In this document: in pieces, positions 57,642 through 64,000 of the stretch
Position numbering within the stretch: the stretch's first letter is position 1
Layout: each line of letters opens with the position of its first letter
NCBI GenBank assembly: GCA_050613775.1
Contig: JBODTK010000153.1
Coordinates: forward strand, 124,001-188,000
Source of the DNA: Neocallimastix sp. 'constans'
Lineage: Eukaryota
Direction: 5' to 3'
DNA: 64,000 bases
The notes under the pieces: generated by a model
The model's database searches: none
Told to the model about the DNA's origin: nothing
The model's input: the letters and a program-made list of their open reading frames with translations, nothing else
Position numbers and translations under genes: made by a program

Positions 57642-58045
57642 TGTAACGGATCACAGAAATAAATAATATATTTTAGTGTTTAACACTTAATAATTTATAG
57701 CTAAGTTCGCGAGTTCGAATCCGAACATTTACCTTAAAAATTTTTATCATTTTTATTTATTTAATATTATTAAAATATTTTAGTTTATAATTATTTGATT
57801 GGTTTAAATTATAAAAATTTAATTCATAAAAATTTAATTAATTTATTTAATTGAAAAAAAATATAAATATCTCAAAAAATTTCATGTAAAATTTATAAAT
57901 CGTGCTTTTATTAAAAAAATTAATAATTAATAAATTATTATTTAACATCAACCTTTTGATTCAAGATTTGTGTTTAATAATAAGTTTTATTTTATTAGGT
58001 TATTAATTTAAATTCTTGTTTCTTATTGTTAAGCACAGCTTTACA
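57642..58045 (+). repeat. 5' LTR (404 bp, TGTAAC...TTTACA)
   Basis: Direct repeat of 63083-63483 with roughly 15 differences by eye (about 96% identity). TATAAA at 57862-57867. Confidence 0.95.
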
Positions 58046-58622
58046 ATAAAAACACCTTTGGATATAATCAAAACCTTGGTGTTGAGAAACAAATAAAAAT
58101 AAAGTTATAGATATTTTAATATTACCTTTGATAAAAGATAAGTCAGTAACAAATTATTTTAATTTGTGAATAAGGACGTCTTTTATTAAATATTAATAAT
58201 ATTATTGTTGAAGCTTTATAAAAATAATAAAATTTTTCTTAATTTTATTTTTAATTATCATTTAATTTAGTACGCTTTAGAAGCGTAAATTATAAGAAAT
58301 AGAAGAAACGTAAAGTTTCCGAATTAGTTACTCTTAGTGTATAATTATTGTAATAATTTGCACTAAGCTCTGGCCTTTCTATTCATTTGAGAGTAGATGA
58401 GTCTGGTGTGAACAGGGCATGATGCCGTAATAGGCAAGCTGTCTTGAATTAATTCACATACTATTTTACATGTTTCCTATAATTTACGGAAAATTGCAGG
58501 AAATGCTTTTGATAATTAAAATAAAATTTTAGAATTTTTATTATTAAGAATTTATATTATTAATCAAATTTAATTAATTTTCTTATAAAATATTTTTTTA
58601 ATAAAACCATTATTATATTAAC

Positions 58623-61600
58623 ATGGAAGAATCAAATATCTTCGATACTGCTAATCTGAAGGATGGATTCGCTGGGGACAGAAAGTATCTTAAGGGATTT
58701 CTTGCCAAGATGGAGCTTATCTTTCTTTTATATCCTGAAAGGTTTCCTGGAGATGAAGATAAGGTAGTATATATTATCTCTCGCTTCTACGGTAAAGCTA
58801 TGAATTGGGCAGCTACCTTGATAGAACATCGTGATCCATGTCTTAGTAACTATGAAGCTTTTATTGGCCGCATAAAATCTTTTTTTGGGAACTCTGATGC
58901 TACCTATGTTGCAAACCAAATGTTAAGAAATATACGCCAGAGGAATCTAGGGGGAATTCAAGGATATATTTTAGAATTCAACAAGTATGCTGACGACTCA
59001 AATTGGAATGAAGAAGCAAAGATGGATGCCTTTATTGCTGGATTAAATAACCAAGTTGCTACCAAGATTATTGAAATATTCCCAGGACCCAAAAGCTTAC
59101 TTGCTCTTCAAACTATTGCTTCTCGTATTGATGCTAGACTATCTACAACCCAAAAATTTCAAAGAAATAGACAATCTTATACCAGTAATAGGTTTTCTAC
59201 TTTTAAAAGAAATAGTACAAACAAAAAATCTAGTAATAAACAATTTTATGGATATCTCTCAAAAGAAGAAAAAGAATATCGTAGGAAAGAAATTTTATGC
59301 TTATATTGTGGTTCTCCTACTCACTCTATTAAGGATTGTCCTAAAAGAACTAATAAAGATGAATCTTCTTCAAGTACTACCTTAGTTTCAAAACCTCTTT
59401 CGAATTCTACTCTTAATCAAGTCAATAACTCCGAATCTTCTCAAAGTCTTTTCAATTTTATTCTTGGATTCAATAGCTCTTCTATCCCAGTAGATATATT
59501 AGTAGATTCTGGTTCATGTTATAATCTTATTGATGAAACCTTTGTTAAAAATAACAATATTCCTACTACTTCCATTGATAATACTCACAAAATCCGTGGT
59601 ATTGGTGGTATTCAAACTCTTTCTCTGCAAACAATTCCAGTTACTCTCAAATACTCTAACCACCGTTGTATTACTTCTTTTTATGTTACTAATTTACCTT
59701 CTTGTAATTGTATTCTTGGATTCGATTGGTTAAAGACTCATAATCCGTCTATTGACTTTGCCAATATGAAACTCCTCTTTAACTCAAATTATTGCAACTC
59801 TAATTGTCTTGTAATTCCTTCTTCTTATCCAGTAACTCCTTGTGAACAATCTTCTACTAATAAAGCTAATATTAAGATTTTTACTTCTTTCCCAATTTCT
59901 AACACTTCTTCTAGCTCTAATTCCTCCTCATACACTACTGATTTGGAAACTCTATCTAAGAAACTCCCAAAAGAACTTGTTGAGTATATTGATGTTTTCA
60001 ACGAAGCTATTGCTAATGTCCTGTCTCCTCACAGACCTTATGATTGTGAGATTAAAATTAAAGATGACGGTAAACTCTATTATGGTCCCATATACCCTCT
60101 TACTGCCGAAGAATCTGATACTCTTGAAGAATATATTAAAGAAAACCTTGCAAAAGGGTTTATAAGAAAATCGAAATCTCCAGCTGGCGCTCCGATCCTC
60201 TTCGTACGAAAAAAGAATGGAAAACTCCGTATGGTTATCGACTACCGGCGGTTAAATGAAATCACAATCCGAGATTCATACCCTCTTCCGTTGATCAATA
60301 ATATGCTTGAGAGTTCAGGTAATGGTAAGATATTCTTAAAGCTGGACCTGAAATCGGCTTATAACCTAATTCGGATTAAAAGTGGTGATGAATACAAAAC
60401 TGCTTTTACTTGTAAATTAGGTCATTTCGAGTACATTGTAATGCCTTTTGGACTCAAGAATGCTCCCGCGGTCTTTCAACACTTTATAAATGACATCTTT
60501 GAAGATATTATTGGCAAATTTGTATACTGTTATATCGACGACATCATTATATTCTCTTCAGATTACTCTACTCACGTTGAACATATTAAAGAAGTTCTCT
60601 CGAGATTAAGAAGTTCTAATTTGGTCGCTACTTTAGAAAAATGCGAGTTCTTTGTTCCCTATATTGATTTTCTCGGTCACCGCATCTCTGCTGAAGGTAT
60701 CAATATGGATCCAAGTAAAGTTTCTTCCATCCTGAATTGGCCCATCCCGAAGAATATTAAGGAACTTCAATCGTTTTTAGGTCTTGCAAATTACTACCGT
60801 CGCTTCATCCAAGGTTTTGCTATGCTAGCACATCCTTTACATAAACTTTTAAGAAAAAATGTTACTTTTAGGTGGAATAATGAACAACAAGAAGCCTTTG
60901 ATGCCTTGAAACATTTTTTACCTCTGCTCCTGTGTTAATTTTTCCAAATCTAGGTATTCCTTTTGTATTAGAAACAGATTCCAGTAATTTCGCAATTGGT
61001 GCTATTCTTTCTCAAGTCTCTCCATCCGATAATAAACTTCATCCTATAGCTTATTTCTCTAGATCTCTTCTTGGTTCTGAAAGAAACTATCCGATATACG
61101 ATAAGGAATTACTTGCTATTGTTAACTCTTTAGAACATTGGAGACACCTCCTCAAAGGAACTTCAGAACCTTATACTATATACTCTGACCACAGAAATCT
61201 ACTCTTTCAAAAAAAGCCTGAAAAGATGACTCAGAGATTGGTTCGTTGGTCACTTTTTCTTTCTGAATTTAACTTTATTATTAAATATCGCTAAGGTTCT
61301 TCAAATGGCAAACCGGATTCCCTTTCTCGCCGTCCTGATTATATTTTTTCAATTTCTTCTGATGATGTGCCTTTCACAGTACTTAGACCAGAAAACTTTT
61401 GTGCTGTTGCTACGTCGATTTCTTCTTTTAGTGATGAAATCCTTTCTTCTTATAAATCTGACGAATTTTATTACAATATTTGTAACTATTTAGATAATCC
61501 TAAATCTCCAATTCCTCATCCACAAATAGATAAATTTACTATAAGTAACAGTTTCCTTTTATTTAATAATAAAATTTATATCCCACCTAAATGCCGTTCT

Positions 61601-62850
61601 TTCATCCTCAAGATTTGTCATGACTCTCCAGCTGCAGGACACTTTGGTATTAAGAAAACTTCCTCCCTCATATCTCGCGATTTCTGGTGGCTCTCTCTCA
61701 ATTCTGATGTTGCTGATTATGTTCGTTCTTGCGAAACTTGCTCTCGTTCAAAGCCTTCTCGTCATAAGCCTTATGGATTCCTTAAACCTCTTGCAATCGC
61801 TGATCGTCATTGGTCATCTATTTCAATGGATTATATTACGGATCTCCCTTCATCTAATGGGTTCACATGTATTCTTGTTGTTATTGATCGATTAACTAAA
61901 ATGGGTCATTTTATTGCTTTTGCTGGTATTCCTTCTGCTGAAGAAACTGCTATTGCTTTCATTAATGGTATCTTTTGTCTTCATGGACTTCATACAGAAA
62001 TTATTTCCGATAGTGATTCACAATTCACTTCCAAATTTTGGAAAGCTGTTTGCCAAACTTTATTTGTTGATCTTAAATTTTCTTCTCCCTTTCACCATCA
62101 AACGAACGGCCAAACAGAGAGATTGAACTCCGTTATTGAACAATATTTAAGATGTTTCTTTAACTATAAAGGAACCAATTGGAGTAAATTTATAAAGTTA
62201 GCTGAATTTAGTTACAACAATGTAATCCAAGAATCTGCAAAACAGTCACCCTTTTTCTTGAATTATGGTTATCATCCCAAATATTCACCTGTTATTCGAA
62301 ATCAAGTTAATGTTCCAAGAGCTGAAGAATTTACCAGAAATCTAAACTAGTTAATAGAAGAATTAAAAGTAAATCTAAAACAAGCAAACGAAACACAGAA
62401 GAAATTTGCAGACAAATACAGAAGCAAACCACCCGATTTCAAAGTTAATGACAAGGTTTGGTTAGATAGTTCTCTAATACTTCACTCTGGTAATAAGAAA
62501 TTTAATCCTCGCAAATTAGGACCTTTTAAGATAATGAAGAAAGTTTCTGAAGTTTCGTTTAAATTGAAACTACCTAAAAACATTAAAATTCATCCTGTTG
62601 TGCACGTATCTAGTTTAGAACCCTATTACAAAGATAATAAATTTAAAAGAAAGCAATCTCCTCCACCTCCAATTATTGTAAATAATAATGAAGAATACGA
62701 AGTCGAAGAAATCTTGGATCAACGAAAACATTACGGAAAGATTCAGTACCTGATAAAGTAGAAAGGATATCCTCTAAGTGAATCGTCATGGGAGCCCGAA
62801 GAAAACTTGAATTGTCCTGAACTTTTAAAGGAGTTTAAAAACTCTCATAA
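58623..62850 (+). pseudogene. Single-frame gag-pol polyprotein, disrupted
   Basis: Gag zinc knuckle CLYCGSPTHSIKDC, protease LVDSGS, RT YIDD, RNase H ETDSS..YDKELLAI, integrase HHCC and D,D..E (SMDYI, IISDSD, GQTER), GPF module and chromodomain. One frameshift at ~60915 and in-frame stops at 61292, 62348 and 62759. Natural stop at 62848-62850. Confidence 0.93.
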
Positions 62851-63082
62851 ATATTAACTCATTTATTTATAAATTAAATGTAATAAAATTGTCTTGTATA
62901 TAGTTTAATTTTATTTAATAATTTAAATTAATATGAAAATAGTTTTAGTCTAGTTTAATATATTAAATTAGTTTGTAAATAGTTTTATATAATCTAATAG
63001 CTTTAGATTAATTTATAGATATTTAAAACAAATATAATTAAAATTTTGATTCGTCTGGTATCCGAATCCTCAAGCGGGACCA

Positions 63083-63483
63083 TGTAACGGATCACAGAAA
63101 TAAATAATATATTTTAGTGTTTAATACTTATAATTTATAGCTAAGTTCGCGAGTTCGAATCCGAACATTTACCTTAAAAATTTTTATTATTTTTATTTAT
63201 TTATTATTATTAAAATATTTTAGTTTATAATTATTTGATTGGTTTAAATTATAAAAATTTAATTTATAAAAATTTAATTAATTTATTTAATTGAAAAAAA
63301 ATATTAATATCTCAAAAAATTTCATGTAAATTGAAAAATCGTGTTTTTATTAAAAAATTAATAATTAATAAATTATTATTTAACACCAACCTTTTGATTC
63401 AAGATTTGTGCTTAATAATAAGTTTTATTTTATTAGGTTATTAATTTAAATTCTTATTTCTTATTGTTAAGCACAGCTTTATA
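63083..63483 (+). repeat. 3' LTR (401 bp; terminal CA mutated to TA)
   Basis: Direct repeat of the 5' LTR. It is preceded by a hairpin GATTCG..CGAATC and a short purine-rich CAAGCGGGACCA at the PPT position. Confidence 0.95.
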
Positions 63484-63921
63484 AATAGTGAAATTATTCT
63501 AAATAGAAATGTTAACGAAGATATTTATTTTAATAAAAGTAAGAGGGAAGGTATTAACGACGAAAAAGTATCTATTTTAAATAAAAACAAAGATAAAGAT
63601 AAAGAGATATTAGAATTAGATGACCATGATAAAGAAGAAATTACCATTAAAAACAAAAACAATGAAAATGACGCTTTTAATTTAAAAGAAAACATTATAA
63701 TTGAAGATAATTCTAATAAAGATATTTTAATTGAAAATAATTTAAATAAAAATTTAGTTGAAAATACTTTGGGTGAAAACACTTTTAGTGAAAATAATTT
63801 GAGTGATAATAATTTGAGTGAAAATAATCCCAATGAAGAGTGTTCTTATTTAAATGTAAACAAAGAAATTTTTGAAAATAACAATAAACAAATCGTTAAA
63901 AATATTATTCCAAATAATAAT

Positions 63922-63996
<75 letters not shown>

Positions 63997-64000
63997 TGTT
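63484..64000 (+). other. Start-less open Asn/Glu/Lys-rich reading frame abutting the 3' LTR and ending in (AAT)n; runs off the window
   Basis: The frame NSEIILNRNVNEDIYF..SENNLSDNNLSENNPNEE..NNNN has no stop over about 170 codons in very AT-rich DNA. Confidence 0.5.

Larger units (their letters stand above)
57642..63483 (+). mobile_element. Near full-length Ty3/gypsy chromovirus (Tf1/sushi-like) LTR retrotransposon
   Basis: Two ~400-bp direct repeats (57642-58045, 63083-63483) start TGTAAC and enclose a gag-PR-RT-RH-IN-chromodomain coding region. Flanks ATTAT and AATAG do not form a clean TSD. Confidence 0.96.

Noticed and set aside
57659..57733. Functional tRNA gene (the 3' LTR copy would even have TTA at the anticodon position)
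   Set aside because: Acceptor, D, anticodon and T stems do not pair properly and the D-loop GG is absent. Reported only as a tRNA-like cassette; the apparent anticodon is not meaningful.
58360..58510. Hammerhead or other self-cleaving ribozyme in the GC-rich chromovirus leader
   Set aside because: TAGATGAG resembles CUGAUGA, but the core is imperfect and no correctly placed GAAA with three stems could be built. The small hairpins are more simply packaging or leader structure.
60900..60940. Programmed ribosomal frameshift between RT and RNase H
   Set aside because: The position lies inside pol, where Ty3/gypsy elements are continuous, and the copy has three further nonsense codons. It is a disabling indel or sequencing error.
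21523..63833. Hydrophobic Leu/Phe/Ile-rich ORFs (e.g. 21523-21714, 23266-23523, 24668-24850, 31787-32155, 46020-46211, 46851-47045, 52272-52637, 63525-63833) as membrane proteins
   Set aside because: They are translations of poly-T or (ATT)n tracts, or antisense of Asn/Lys/Glu-rich exons.

Overview
Extremely AT-rich, intron-containing eukaryotic DNA. Base composition, short GT-AG introns, poly-Asn proteins, flagellar genes and the transposon types point to an anaerobic gut fungus (Neocallimastigomycota); this is an inference. Seven spliced genes were reconstructed by eye: TRA1/TRRAP (3'-partial, -), EFHC1/Rib72 (+), a bacterial-type Era/YeeP-like GTPase with a DUF697-like C-terminus (+), radial spoke protein 3 (-), an ADCY10-like cyclase-STAND-TPR protein with apparently dead catalytic motifs (-), a CCDC137-like protein (+) and a TOGARAM/crescerin-like TOG-array protein (+). 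Intergenic DNA holds transposon relics: MULE, Ty1/copia, an LTR-like fragment, two 5'-truncated LINE insertions and a decayed chromovirus. A near-complete but disrupted Ty3/gypsy chromovirus lies at 57642-63483. Main leads: (i) a tRNA-shaped A-box/B-box cassette in both LTRs of that chromovirus, which also shows a Tf1-type self-priming RNA structure; (ii) the ADCY10-like protein with both cyclase domains and the P-loop degenerate; (iii) the intron-bearing bacterial-type GTPase-DUF697 gene, a horizontal transfer candidate; (iv) a local concentration of axonemal genes. All family calls come from motif recognition, not database searches, and exon coordinates are manual.
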